The position numbers and the translations under genes were made by a program. The notes under the pieces were generated by a model that had not been told where the DNA came from, ran no database searches, and was given only the letters and a program-made list of their open reading frames with translations. This document shows positions 1 to 14,100 of a stretch of DNA of 64,000 nucleotides, piece by piece. Source of the DNA: Callorhinchus milii (lineage: Eukaryota); contig NW_024704742.1 of the NCBI RefSeq assembly GCF_018977255.1, forward strand, positions 13,022,001 to 13,086,000, given 5' to 3'. Each line of letters begins with the position of its first letter. Position 1 is the stretch's first letter.

Positions 1-112
1 ACTGTACATCGGTGCTGTTGATCAGAGGTAATGTACGAAGCCAGAAGATGTCAGAAGCAGAACATTTGCATGCCGAAACCGATTCAATGCTAATTTATGT
101 GGCACGTTATAT

Positions 113-345
113 ATTAATCCTTGCATTTGATATAGCGCCTTATCACGTGGGCGAAATGTGGCAGCTGATTGTAAACAGCTGTGTCCCACAAACAGTCGTG
201 GATTCAGTGACCAATTATTAATTAAAAGTTTCTTGAAGGGATTATTACCCCCAGTAAAGCGATCTGCCAATCGACTAACAAGCGAGTTCCTACTCGCTGC
301 AGGTAAACAGGTGTGTGGAGTAAGGAAACTTGCCTAACGTTTCTC
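113..345 (-). mobile_element. tRNA-derived SINE with L2-type tail (long subfamily), head missing
   Basis: Reverse complement of the family body (ggcaagtttccttactcc...cagtcgtggat) and tail (aggcgctatatcaaatgcaagg). Confidence 0.8.
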
Positions 346-534
346 CCAATGTTTAGCAATCTATACACAGGCCAAATCGAGTGCATTAGAACAGGGATTA
401 CACATGATCTTAGATCTGTTTTTATCCGTTGTCGGGAGCAGAGGTAGGAGAGCGCGGAGGGGGGTAAGTGATTCACAAAGTGATGTCGACGAGACGTCAC
501 AGTTAATAAAAAATGTTTTTAACCCAGCAACAAC

Positions 535-3500
535 AACAATGTCTGCTCGAGCCTGGGCATCCTCCGCTGGGCCCATCGTGGCTCCAGGCACTGGCTGTCC
601 CAGAGCAGCAACCCCAAGTGTCCAATCATTCACTCCTTCCACTCAAACCGCCTCCTTAAGGCAAATCCAACTTCCCCCTTCCTCACACGTACCCTCCCCA
701 ATTCTCCACTCTCCACAACCATAATAATAATAATAATCTTTGCATTTGATATAGCGCTTTTCACATCGGGAGGACGTCCCAAAGCGCTTCACAGAATAGA
801 CTGTAAAGTGAATTGACTATATTTGTGGGCGAACGCGGCAGCAGTGTCCCACAAACAGTCGTAGGTTGAAAATGACCAATTTATCATTGTTTTTGGTTTT
901 GGAGGGATTATTATTAGGCGTGTGGAGTAAGGAAACTTGCCCAAGGTTTCACCTTGCCTGGAATTGAACTCAGGTCTCTCGCTTGCAACCATCTCTCCTA
1001 TACAGCCCAAAATCCTCTCCGCATCAATCTCTCCTCCCTCCCCCACCCTCCAGCAAACCCACCCGCATTTCCCTTCAAAATGTCTGTTCCCTCTCAAACA
1101 AAGCCCTCAAAATCCATGACCTCATCCTGGATGAGCACCTCGACATTCTTGGGCTCACAAAAACCTGGCTCTCCCTCAGTGACCCCATCCCCCTAGTTGA
1201 AACCTCCCCTCCAGGCTACTCCTTCCACCACCCCCCCCTGTCCAAACCAACATGGCGCTGGGGTGGCCCTCATCTCCAAAGCCTCCTTTGACTTCACTCC
1301 CTACTATGGATGCTTCCACTCTTTCGAGCACCTCACCCTTTTTCACCCCTCTCCCTTTGAAATTCCTCCTTGTTTACCGTCCCCCTAAATCCCTCCCACC
1401 AGCTCCTTCCACACAGACATCTCCACTTTCCTCTCTTTCCTGTCCCTCTGCTCCGAGCGCCTACTCATAATGGGCGATTTCAACCTCTACCCTGCACCAC
1501 TTCTGCTGATTTCACTGCCTTCCTCTCCTGTCCTCCCTTAACCGTACCCTACATATAAATTCACCCACCCACAACCATGGTCATGCACTTGACCTCATCA
1601 TCACCCACGGCCTTGACATTTCCGACCTTAGCATAGTGGACAATGCCATCTCGGACCACTTTTTCATCTCCTTCTCCTCTCATATCCCTCTCTCCTCCAC
1701 CAAGCCCTCAACCATCCTCTACTACCCTTGGAAAAGGCTACCCCTGAGACCCTCACAAAGGCCCCCTCATCATCAAACATCCTATCCTTCTGGCCTTCCA
1801 CCCACGGAGATCCTGAAGCAGCTGTCCAGCTGTTCCATGATCGCCTCTCCTCCACCTTCAACTCCCTCATCCCCCTAAAATCCAGGACCATCTCCAAACC
1901 CACCCGATCCCCCTGGTACAACAACTATCTCCACCACCAAAAATATGAAACCCGTCTGCTTGAGCGCAGATGGTAGAAAACTGGCCTGACAGTTTACCAC
2001 CAACTGTGGCTCGAGCATCTCCACAGCTACCGTCGTTCTTTGACATGTGCAAAAACGGGCTTTTACTCCAACGTCATCTTGGAGGCTAAACACAACCCCA
2101 AAATCCTTTTTTCCACCACCCACCTCCGTACCCCACCTCAGGCCTCCTCAATCTTCACATCAAATGCCAAGGGTGAGGAGGTCATGGACTTCTTTTCTGC
2201 TAAAATACTCAACATCTGCCAGGCAGCCTCACCCACCACCACTCCCTCTCGGGCCTCATCACCTTTCTCACCTTCCCCCCTGCCTCCCTCAAAACTGCTA
2301 TCATCACTCCCCTCCTGAAAAAACCCTCCCTAGATCCCTCAAACCCCAGCCATTACCGCCCTATTTCTAATCTGCCCTTCCTCTCAAAAACTCTAGAATG
2401 GGTTATAGCCAACCAACACACCTCACCTACTACCACCCCCTTTCTACATTCTTTCCTCCCCATCTCACACACCATCACCTCCATGAAACCCACCACCTGC
2501 TGCCTCGACACCCTCCCCACCAACTTACTGGTCACCCAGCTCCCCATCATATGCCCACTACTGGCTGACATCATCAACCAGTCCCTCTCCTCTGGATCAG
2601 TCCCTGCCCCCCTCAAAACTGCTGTCATCACTCCCCTCCTGAAAAACCCCTCCCTAGATCCCTCAAACCCCAACCATTACCGCCCTATTTCTAATCTGCC
2701 CTTCCTCTCAAAAACTCTAGAACGGGTTGTAACCAACCAACTCCGCGCACACCTCTCCTCCCACTCCCTCTTCGAACCCCTCCAGTCCGGTTTGCGCCCA
2801 CAGTACAGAGATTGCGCTTGTGAAAGTCACAAATGACATCCACTCTATCACAGATAGAGCTCCCTGTCTCCTTGCCCTCCTGGACTTCTCCGCCGCATTG
2901 GACACAGTCGATCACACTATCCTCCTCCACCGACTTTCCTCCGTCATCCACCTCAGTGGGACTGCACTCGCCTGGTTCCAGTCCTACCTCACAAACCGCC
3001 AGCAGTACATCTGCACAAATGGCTTCTCCTCCCGCTCTCACCTGTGGGGTACCCCAAGGATCCATCTTTGACCCCCTCCTCTTTCTGATCTACGTGCTCC
3101 CTCTTGGGGATGTCATCCGCAGACATGGGGTACATTTCAACATGTATGTGGATGACACCCAACTCTACTTTTCCACCTCTCTGCAACCCCCAATCCCCTG
3201 ATGTTCTGTCAGCCTGCCTGTCAGACCTCAGGGGCTGGATGAGCGCAAATTTCCTTCAGCTGAACGTTGGCAAGATGGAAGCCATACTCTTTGGCTCTTG
3301 TCAACATCTAAAATCTCAGTTCTCACCTCCTCCACCTACCCGACCTCCCCCTAAAACTCTCCGAACCCATACGCAACATAGGCGTCAGGTTTGACTCCCA
3401 ATTATCCTTCCTCCCCCAATCTCCACCTCCGTCGCATCGCCCGTCTCTGCCAATACCTTTCCCCAAAAGCCGCTGAAATCCTGGTCCATGCCTTTGTCAC

Positions 3501-4065
3501 TTCTTGGTTGGACTGCTCCAACGCCCTCCTCGTTGGTCTCCCATCCACTACCATCCATAAAATCCAACTCATTCAAAACTCTGCCGCCCGCATTCTCACA
3601 CGCATGAAACTCCGCTCCCCGATCACCCCAGTCCTTGCCAGACTGCACTGGCTGTCTGTTCCAGAGGATCGACTTCAAGATCCTCACCCTCGTATTGAAG
3701 TCCCTGCACTCCTCTGCACCCCCTGACCTCTCTGACCTCTTCTCCTCAAAACAGCACTCATTGCCTTCGTTCCTCTGGGTCTGGCCTCCTCCTTGCCCCC
3801 CCCCGCGAGTCCTCCGCTCCACCCTTGGTGGCTGTGCCTTCATCCACTACACCTTGAGGCTCTGGAACTGCCATCCTCACTCCCTTCATCTCGCTCCCTC
3901 CCTTCCCATTTTCAGGTCTCTGCTGAAGACCTTTGTTTTCAACCGCGCCTTTGGTCACCTTCCTCCCCCTCTCCCTGGGTCGGTCCCAGGATCCATTACT
4001 ATAAAGCGCCCTGAGACACCGTCCGGCATGAAGGGCACTATATAAATCCAAGTTGTTGTTGTTGC
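535..4065 (+). mobile_element. L2-clade LINE, long degenerate copy (AP endonuclease + RT), frameshifted
   Basis: ISLQNVCSLSNK..LGLTKTWL, VYRPP, SDHF (APE); [36 protein letters not shown] (RT); stem-loop tail and (TGT)n end. Confidence 0.92.
720..990 (-). mobile_element. tRNA-SINE (short young subfamily) nested in L2
   Basis: (AAT)n plus tail at 720-790; body and partial head to 990. Confidence 0.9.
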
Positions 4066-5289
4066 ACGAGATTTGACTTAGTTGCTTTCATATCTGGTGT
4101 TGTATAACTTGCCTATTCTGAGTAATTCCACGAGAGAAACCTGAGGGATTCATTGTGATGCTTTCATTTCTCACGTAGATTTACGGCAATGCATTTGCTT
4201 CCCGCAGCACAGGATAGTGTTTTCTCATTTCTGCAAGACTTGCATTTTATTTTCTACAGCAAATTCATCACAAAGCTCTCATATTTTTTAGGAGTTACTA
4301 TCACAGTCATTCGTGTTTCTTTCTGTTAACTGGTGCTTCACTATTATCTGGGGGTTGGGAGGGGGGGTTGGAGTTAGAAATGACTTGCCTGGCAACGGAA
4401 TATCGGAATCAATTTGATCTTCTGTGGTGGTCTACGTAATTTGGTTCCTGATCCAGAGAGGCTGACCACCACCAACAGCAAATTAAATTTCTATAGCACC
4501 TTTCACGTCAGGAGGATGTCGCAATGGACCTGATATGCGGGTTGGGATCAGGAGGGTGACCTAAGGCACTGTCCAAGAGGAGGTCTTAAAATGGGCCTTG
4601 AAGAAGTCCCAACTAGGAAGGCCTACTTGAAGACCAGTCCCTATTGGGGGCAGGGAGTCTTCCTACCCAGCTCCTGTTAACCCTGCAAGCCAAGACCCTA
4701 TTGTCCTAGCTAGACAAGCAATAGAAAGCATGCCAGTGTTCAATTTATCAAGCTGCATGGTTTTAAGATGGTTAAACAGTAACTTTATCAAAGCTTGATT
4801 ATGGGGGAAATCCCAATAGAGGCTGACATTGTCAATATTGCTACACATAAAGCTGTAAATTTCAGTGCTCAGAATGGAGCAGTGCAAGTCAGTAACTAAT
4901 GGTACAATGAATGTTGCTAAAGGAATAATGAACCAAGTCCTTCATTGTTAAAAAAAANCACGTATTTAATCTGTTTCAAAATGAGGCATTATTTAGGAAA
5001 ATTTGGAACAAGACTGTCCAGTTTTGTGTTCAGCTAAAAATCTCCAATGAGTAAAAAANCAGATGTGTGCTTTGGATTCATCAAGTGCACGTTCCATTCT
5101 TCAATGAAACCGAGTTTTATTTAGTCCATAACCTATCTCCTTCGCTCAATGCACAGGCCTGCTGCAAGTCTCTGCTCCTTCCATGACTCCATTGCTTCAG
5201 TCACTATGCCTCTGCCTCACCTTCGTTATCTATCTTTAAATCCCACTTTAGGACTCTTCAATCACACCAATGTCACCCCTACTTCCCAA

Positions 5290-5615
5290 CTGCACAATGA
5301 GTGCAGGCTTGAGATAGTTCAAAGTGCTTCACATAAATTACTTTGAAGTGCAGTGATGGCACATTCTGTAGGTGAATGTGGAAGCCATTGTGTGCACAGC
5401 AATGCTCCCCAAAACGGCCAATTTTATGTGGCAGGTTGTTGGGCAGGGCACCAGGAGAAACTTTTTCTGTTTGCAAACAGTGCCATGGGATCTTCAAAAT
5501 AATGCCATGGGACCTGAACAGGCACTTCCCCAGTACTGCATTGGAATGTCAGCTTAATGTTCACGATGTGGGGCTTGAACCTATGATCTTATGATTCAGA
5601 TTTGGGAGTGCTACC
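5290..5615 (-). mobile_element. Old tRNA-derived SINE of a second family (Deu-SINE-like), degraded
   Basis: Recurrent motif gtgccatgggatct...cagtactgcattggaatgtcagc...gggcttgaacc. Confidence 0.6.
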
Positions 5616-6121
5616 TTTTTATTCCAAAATTGTGTTAACTGAATAAAATTAGTCAAAATGTTTCCACAGTTCTCTACAATCTTAAAATTTAAGACAAAAT
5701 GGTCTTACCTGGGTAAGATTAGGTGGAATATACAGAAATGTACAATGAAATAAATGAGTCTTGAAGTACACGAGGAAGTTGAGCACTTATGGAGTTGAGC
5801 ATTAATCAGCACTTTTCAGAGAGAAATGAAACAGTGCTTGTTATTTAGCAAGGAGTGGAAATTTCCTCAGTGGAGTGGAAATTGAGGCAAGTTGTTTCAT
5901 ACCATCTATGTTGATGTTCCATTTAGAGATATCAACTCAGCATTGATTCAGTTCTATTACTTTATATCTTCGTGGACACAAAGATATACAACCATCTGCT
6001 GGTCCCAAAGTAACAATTACTACTTTGCTCTATTGCTCTTCAATCAATTTGTCGTTCCAATAGCTATCAAACTCCTGTTCAAGATTGTTGCCAGAGTTTG
6101 CTTCCTTGGGTAATTCTTTTT

Positions 6122-6410
6122 TATAATACTTGCATTTGTATAGCACCTTTCACATCATATGCACAGCAATGTCCCACAAACAGCTACAAAGTGAATGAGC
6201 AATTTTATTTGTGGGAGTGTAGGACACATGGGATCTTTAATGCACACCTGAACAGGCAAACGGGTCGGTTTAACTTCTCATCCAAAGGATAGCCCCTCCA
6301 ACAACTCCAACTATAACCCCAGCACTGCATTGGAGCATCAGCTGAGACTAAGTGAGTTCCAAGTTCTGATGAGAGCTTGAATCCACAACCTTCTGATTCA
6401 GACACACTCC
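6122..6410 (-). mobile_element. Old SINE (Deu-SINE-like), degraded
   Basis: Same motif chain plus an L2-like tail (ttgcatttgtatagcacctttc). Confidence 0.6.
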
Positions 6411-7157
6411 GCATTCACTCCATATATCCACATATTGTGTAAAATACACAATAAATCTAAGTACAAAGCAAATCTAAATTGGCTCCTTATCTTCCTTAGT
6501 ACTCAAGTCCCTTTGTAGAGTTTGTAACTATTGTATGTTGAACACATTAATGTTCAGTTTATCTATACCAGTCAGGATCTTTAATACATTAAATAACATT
6601 TTCCTTGAGTCTTCAAGTGTGAATTTTCAAATGTTACTTTTGAACACAAGTGTTGGATTATACTTTTGACTTTGGTTAAGATGAAGAAACCAGTTTTTCA
6701 AAAACAATATGTTTACTGTGTACATTGTTTAAGGTTGGTGTTTGGATTGTTTTCTGCAGTTAATAAGTTATATGTATCTATCAAAACTTGGCTTCCCAAA
6801 AAAGGATGGAGAGTAGAGGAAAGAAGAGTTTACACTTTGGGAGGCGGAGAAGATAAAATATATCTCTGCAAGATTTTGTTTTCTTATTAATGACAGAATC
6901 ATTACATTAGAAGGATGGATAGCACACTGGGTTCTAGTATTGTCCATTCACTGTCAGGAACCTGAATTGAATATAAACTGCTCGAATCCTAAGCAAAATG
7001 AGTTCTGGCAATTTCCCACCTAGTTTCTGGTTGGCACAAAGCTACAGTAAAAACTATCCATAATTTGTCATGAAACCAGGACCCAGAAGAGAGACCACAT
7101 AACAACAAAAAGGTTGGTGTAGCAAATGGAAAAATTTCACATTGTTCCCTTAGTGGG

Positions 7158-7515
7158 ATAATAATAATAATCCTGCATTTGATATAGCGCCTTATCACAT
7201 CTTTGAGACATCTCGCAGAATCTACTGTAAAGTGAATCGACTGTACATTTTGCGGGCTAAATGCAGCAGCCAATTGCGCACAGCAAAGCAGTGTCCCACA
7301 AACAGTTGTGGATTGAGTGACCAATTTATTATTTTTTTTGGAAGGAATTATTACCTCCGGAAAAGCGATCCACGAATTGACGAACAACCGGGTTCCTACT
7401 TACTGCTAGGTAAACAAGCGTGAGGAGTAAGCAACATTTCACCCTGCTGGGAATCTAACCCAGGTCCTCCCACTTGTGAGGCGAGTGGTCTAACCACTGA
7501 GCTACAGGACTACAG
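7158..7515 (-). mobile_element. tRNA-SINE, long subfamily, near full length
   Basis: tRNA head (taaccactgagctacaggac on +), body, (AAT)n tail. Confidence 0.88.
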
Positions 7516-8030
7516 GCTAAGGTAAACTGTTGGACCAAACTATGGTGAGCTTCAGTGTGGTGTGTGCATCTTGGGAGCATTTGATATTGGTGCTCAAAGC
7601 TAAGTCAAAATTTTCTATTCCCACAGATTTCTCACCCTGATGTACACAAAACCTGTCTAAAAATGTACAAAATTTAAGAAAAAAATCTAAACATTAATGA
7701 TTTCTACCAATGACAATGGAATTAGAAGGAATTTGTCCTTTAAATTTTTTTTTTTGACCATTCAAGTAGGGTCAAATATTATGTGTAAAACCCAGTTAAA
7801 ACAGTAACAAACTTGGCACACAATACAGAAATTCAGCTTCACTCTGACAAAACCAGATATATCCTTAAGGAAACAGTGAAGCTCAGGAATCAGCAACAGA
7901 TGCCTTCTGTCCAAAGGATTGCACATGACTAAGATGTGCAAGTGAAACATACAACTTCGCTGATGCACATCCTCTGTAAGGAGTACCTTCTCTGCTTTCA
8001 AATGGGACAGGAATTCTTTTGCCGTGTCTC

Positions 8031-8187
8031 TTATGTCAATGTCTGGAGCAATATGATCTTCTCATTAATGCAAAATCTATGCAACACTACCATTAAATTT
8101 TCCGCACAACGGGAGACCTGTCTCTCCATCGCCAACCTGAAATCCTCCTTCACTCCCTTGGTAATACCTCGAGTTACAGTGTGATGC
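8031..8187 (-). CDS. INTS10: INTS10 last coding exon (to TAA)
   Basis: ttcctttgtattacag|G CAT CAC...[57 protein letters not shown]. Confidence 0.96.
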
Positions 8188-11100
8188 CTGTAATACAAAG
8201 GAAATAAACAAATGATTTATCTGCTGAATTGCCCTGAATTAATTTCCCATCTCCAGTTTGGTTTGGACAAATCTCTTAAGATGATTAGATAAATTTTTCC
8301 TCACTAGTTATTCAAAAAATTAATTGCTTAATCGTTTGAGAGAATATTTGAAAACGTTTTATGAAGTGTCAAGATTTCTAATTAAAGTACACGTTTTCTG
8401 ATCAAAACATTGCATGTGATGCTTTCTTCAGCAATTATGCAAATTAATCAGAACACATGTGTACTTCTCTTTACAATTACTTCTATGCTACACATTGTAT
8501 TATAAACGACTTAACCAACAAACATTCCTTCAAAAGAAACCGTATGATAAGAAAAACTTGTATCTGTGATTTACTACAATTTACTGCGTACTACAATGAT
8601 TATCACAGGATGGCATGATGCTTTAATCATGGATTGCATAAACAAAAAAAGAAAATAAAGACATTCTGGAAGCATGTAAAACCCATGGATTAACATGGTG
8701 ACAAACACAGCACATGACAAACAGGTCGTATGGTACCTGTCAGCTGTCTGAATGCTGGACTGCAGTTTGAACTCCTGCGGAAGTACCCCCAATGGAGGAC
8801 TAGAATTCCTTGAAAACAGTAAATATCAACAGTACTTTCAACGCTCACACATATTTACCTATTGGTACAAAACTCTTCACCTGTTACCAACAGAACAAGA
8901 TAACTGGAAGGAATTGAACAAGAGTGTATAAACTTACATTCATAAAGTACAACTAGATATATATAGTACATGACTAACAGGATGCAGTTGATAAGAGTAC
9001 TAGACTGATTTCAGGAGGGTCGAGTTTGCAGAACATAGAATACATCAGACTGAGCAAAATATAAGCAGCTCAACTGATTCACTACATACAATATTTTCCT
9101 CTAATCACTGGCTACAAGTATAGTTCTCTAATCACTGCCGTACATAATCAATATAGCTAAAATTAGTACTTTTTTGATGAGGAGAAAATGACAAAGATTT
9201 CATGGTTGATCAGTCACAAAACCTGAATCAAAAGCGAGTATTTAAAATGAGATTTTCTCCCCTTAATCTCTGTGTATGTCTCACTATCCCGAGCATCTTC
9301 TACAACTGAGATAACATTCAGAGGACTTGTAGGCAAGCCTCCACAAGTGGCACTCTTTATTCAGCTGCTGTAATCGATCAAGGTCAGCAATTTGATCGAG
9401 ATTCTCTTACTGGTTGACACACAAGTGTGAGAGGAGGTGGTTTGTGACTGCTCAGTGACATCCCCACAAACCTGGCTTCAATCTGAAACTCAATGGTTTC
9501 ATGATCAAGTCATGTCCTTCCACTATGTAGCAAAGAAATGCTGATGTTCTCTGATGTGCTTCTCCACTGTATCTCTGACATTCACTTCCACTCCATAGAA
9601 CAGTGTCAAAAATAGGATTCCAATTAAAGCAAAAAACTGGACAAAGCCTCATAGAAGTACGATTACTTCGTCAATTTTGCTGGAATGAAATTAGTTTAAA
9701 AATTGAGAATGCAACGAAAACGTGAAAGCCCATTAATGCAGCAAACCATCAAGGACGAAATAGGGCAGCTGAGAAAACAAGATAAATCAAGAAGCTGCTA
9801 GGTTAGATTACGTTTGGGTTTCTGAAGAGTCTAGAATCTAGATTGTAGGAGGGCAGACTGTTCAACAAACAAGATTGAGAGGTACATATAGCAAGGTATG
9901 ACCATGTAGTTGAAAGTGGATTTATGTCAGGAGATGAATAATTTTAGAGTCTTTCTAACCTTAGAAAGTATAGATATAAAGGCAAAGTGCATGAAACTTC
10001 CACGTTGAAATTGCTGTGATGATGTGTTGAAAGAGGTTGGTTTCTTTTTTTGACATTTAAATAATTTGTTGGCTGGATCTTCATGTTTATGCAAATTTCT
10101 GCTTTGTTTGTTGAAAAACTGTATTAAACTTTTGTCTCTGAAAATGGATTTAAAATTTTTTGGGGGGGATAATTGCATATTCTGTCAGTTTTTAATCATA
10201 AAATTTCACAGGCTCGTAGATATCAAACACATCAGTCACTCTGAGATCTAATTAATTGTCAAGTACTTGTTTCACATCAGAGATTATTTACTAAAGTATC
10301 CTATTGATTGTATTTTCGGCTGTTGTTTGACGTGCATGCCTAATTTAGTGAACAGACATTTCATAAACACATTATTGTTCTACATAGACAAGATTCACCC
10401 ATTCAGATGCCCAAATTTGTTTTAAAATACTTTCTATACTTTATATTGTCACATGATACAATGCACATTATTGCAAAGTATACTGCATTAGGCATTTTTG
10501 GTTAGGTTTCCTTTAGAAGAGACATCTTCTGTCAGAGTAGCAGTTAAAACAATTTTTTTAATGTGGTTTAATGAGTTTTTAGTGCAATTCAGATCTGGGA
10601 TTTGTTATCAAATAATATTCTTCAAACCACGCATTCTTGGTAATTTACTAATATTCAGTTTGTTTGAAAGACCAAAGCATGCTTAGCAGAATCAAGTCAG
10701 GAAGTGGAAAACAAGGATAAAACAAAAGAGGAAATGGAACATCCTCCCGACATGAAAGACAATTTGTTGGTGGTTGTTGTAGTACGCAATCAAGTTCCAT
10801 GATGTGATATCTAAGATGTTAACACCACACAAACTGGCATATTCAAGACTATCAAACTCTTACACCAATCTAACAAACCGAGTTTATTCTGCTTTTGAGA
10901 AGAAAATCCGCTTGTTGTAAGAGTGATTATGGCTTCACAACCTATCAGTCTGTTAAAAACACTTGATTCAGGGATTTACAAACGTGCAGACAAATGCACA
11001 CTCAGAATCTCGATGAAGGATCTGACCAGGTCATCTGACCAGGTCTTCAATAATATTCCACATTTTCCATTAATGTTCCTGTGTCATCCATTTTCTCATG

Positions 11101-14100
11101 TTTTTTATCCAGCGTTTTCATACAGACACACTGTGTTAATATTGCCAGAGGAGCAAATAAGACTGACCTGAAAACCCCCACACAAGATGGTTTTCAGGAA
11201 ATCATTCGCACAAGAAGAGCAGAAACAAAACATTATTATATTTCACTGAAGAGATTTGATACCAAAATTGGGCTGCATTGTCAGCAGAGTCTGGATATTT
11301 AAATCCCACACTGGAGAAAGATCTACTTATATATCAAGTACTTATTTCTATGAGATCTATTTTATCTATCAAATACGTATTTCACACCAAACCAATTACT
11401 TACTAAAGTATCTCATAGGTTGTACTGTTTTCCTCTGTTGTTTGACATGCCTGTACAATTTGGTGAATAGATATATTTCAAAAAAACTCATTACTGTTCT
11501 ATATAGACACAAGATTCACCCATTCAGATGCCAAATCTATTTTAAAATACAGATTTTAGAAAATAATGGAAATGAAGGAAAGCAATCTCAAAAGGTTCAA
11601 TTCCTTCCAGCATCTTTGTTCTTCTTACAATGCAACATATATTTCTCATGTCAACATACAATAACAGAACAAGTAGAAACACAAACACACAGCCAGCCCA
11701 CCATCTCATTCAGTCTCTCAGACCAGCAAGATCAGCACTCACTTTATTAATAGGCCTTGATTTGGTAACAGTTCAAGATGAATTTTGCCACCTTCCGTAG
11801 TTCTAAGATAAGCAAATTCTTCCAACATATCAATGTCTAGGGGCATGGTTAAGGATGACTGCAGAATGATTAATTAAATAATAACTGCAGGTTATGCAAT
11901 ACCTCAACTGATCTAAACATTTGAGTGCCTTGCACACCAAGCTAATTGTTGAAGTATTGTGACTGTTATGCGAGCAAGAGCAAATGCAGCGGTTATCAGG
12001 CATCTTATCACAGTACAACTATGAAAGGATACTGGTAACATAATTAAAGAAGTTCTCATATTGGAAGGATCCCAGGTGGCAGATCTTGTCAATAGCTTTC
12101 AGAAAGAGATTCTCTCCTCGAGGCCAGTCCAGCTGTAGTAGTACAATCACATGACCCAAGGCAAGGTCATCTCGATTGTCTGTAAAGGCTCTCAACTACA
12201 AAAACAAACCGATGGGTCATTGCAAAGCTTTCTCAAAAGTAATTTGTTTTTCACATTCTTCCGTGGTGGTGTATTGTACCTTCAACAAATGTGTCAACAA
12301 ATCAACATATGACTCATCAGTGAATGAAACGTCACTTTATGACTCTTAATTTCAGTGATTTCAGGATTTCACAATTTTACTGAAAATGTCAGGGCAACTT
12401 TACTGTCACATAAATATGTTCAGGAGGCAACGGTTTTAGAAAAGAGGCTAAGCAATGTGGTGAAAGGGCAGGTGGTTGAGGTTGAGAATTGTCAAAAAGG
12501 AATCAGTTTATTATTATTATTATTATTTTAGTGGAGTCCTGTAGCTCAGTGGTTAGAGCACTCGCTTTGCAAGTGAGAGACCTGAGTTCAATTCCCGGCA
12601 GGCGAAACATTGGCCAAGTTTCCTTACTCCACACAGAGCCTAATAATAATCCCTCCAAAACCAAAAACAATAATAAAAATTGGTCATTTTCAATCTACGA
12701 CTGTTTGTGGGACATTGCTGTGCACAATTGGCTGCCGCGTTCGCCCACAAATATACAGTCAATTCACTTTACAGTGTGTTCTGTGAAGCGCTTTGGGACG
12801 TCCTCCTGACGTGAAAAGCGCTATACCAAATGCAAGGATTATTATTATTATTATGCTGGGGCCTTTTTCCGTTTTATACATTCTTATGTTCATGTGGCTA
12901 TAGGGAGAAATAAATTGTATCAGAAAAATTAAATACTGAGTTTTCAGAAGGCTCTCAAGCTAATTGATTAAGTGCTAATTAATGACATTCTATTTAATAA
13001 AATACCTTTTGCAATTGATACAGTACATGTAACATCAAAACATCTCAAAACACTTCACAGGATTGAATCAGTCTGTAAAGAAGAAATTCATTTTCTTTTT
13101 TTTTCTTTTGAGACTGAACCAGACCTTTATAACAATCACTGATGACTAACAATGAACATTGCAGACTGGTACAATCATCTGTGTTAGCACACAAAATGAC
13201 AAGCTTACCTTGAAGCAAGCCAACATTAACTGAAGGCAATATGGCATAACAGCTTTGCTGGTGCAGGGCAATAGTTTAAGATCCGTACCTAAACATAAAG
13301 GGAGTGTAGGAGGGGGAAAGAAAAAATAAAGAACAAAATGTACACAGTATTTTTAGACCTCTATCTTTCATTGTTCTCAGCATAGTGGTAAAGATATCAT
13401 ACAAATCTTCCAATATCAAAGAAATCGTTATTAAAGAAGAATATTTAAGAGGAATCAAGAAGCATAATTTCCTCAAGATCACTTAGAAAGTATTTATAAT
13501 AAATCTTATAACACAGGAAGTAAGCAATTAATTATTAGGAGATGCTGGATTTCCTTGAATCCAAAATCAAGGGAATCCGCTCCGTGGTCACTGCCCCTCC
13601 AACTTCCACCCACCCTCCACCCCTTCCCTCCCACACTCCGACTCCTACCCAATCCTCCCCTACACACCTTCGAACCCGTTTCCCCACCCTCTGTCACCAA
13701 TCTCATCCTGTCCCTGAAACCCACCACCTGCTCCCTGGACCCCATCCCCACTCTACTCCTTATCTCCCAGCTCCACCTCCTTGCCCCACATATCACAGAC
13801 ATCGTCAACCTGTCCCTCTCCTCTGGCTCTGTTCTCATTCCCCTCAAAACTGCCATCATCACTCCCACACTGAAACAATCCTCCCTTGATGCGTCGCAGC
13901 TATCAAGCTACCGGCCCATCTCCAACCTCCCCTTCCTGTCCAAGGTTCTCAAAAGAGTCGTCGCCTCCCAACTGCGCTCTTTCCTCTCCACCCACTAATT
14001 TTTTGAACCCCTCCAGTCGGGTTTCCGTGCTGCCCAAAGCACGGAAACCGCCCTGGTCAAGGACATTAATGACATCTTGACCATCTGCGACCAGGGCTCC

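Noticed and set aside
12531..12600. tRNA-Ala(TGC)-like sequence, also in other SINE heads
   Set aside because: It has A/B boxes and an anticodon arm (CTCGC-TTTGCAA-GCGAG in the best copies) but no 3' acceptor stem, and it runs into SINE body. It is a SINE head, not a tRNA gene.
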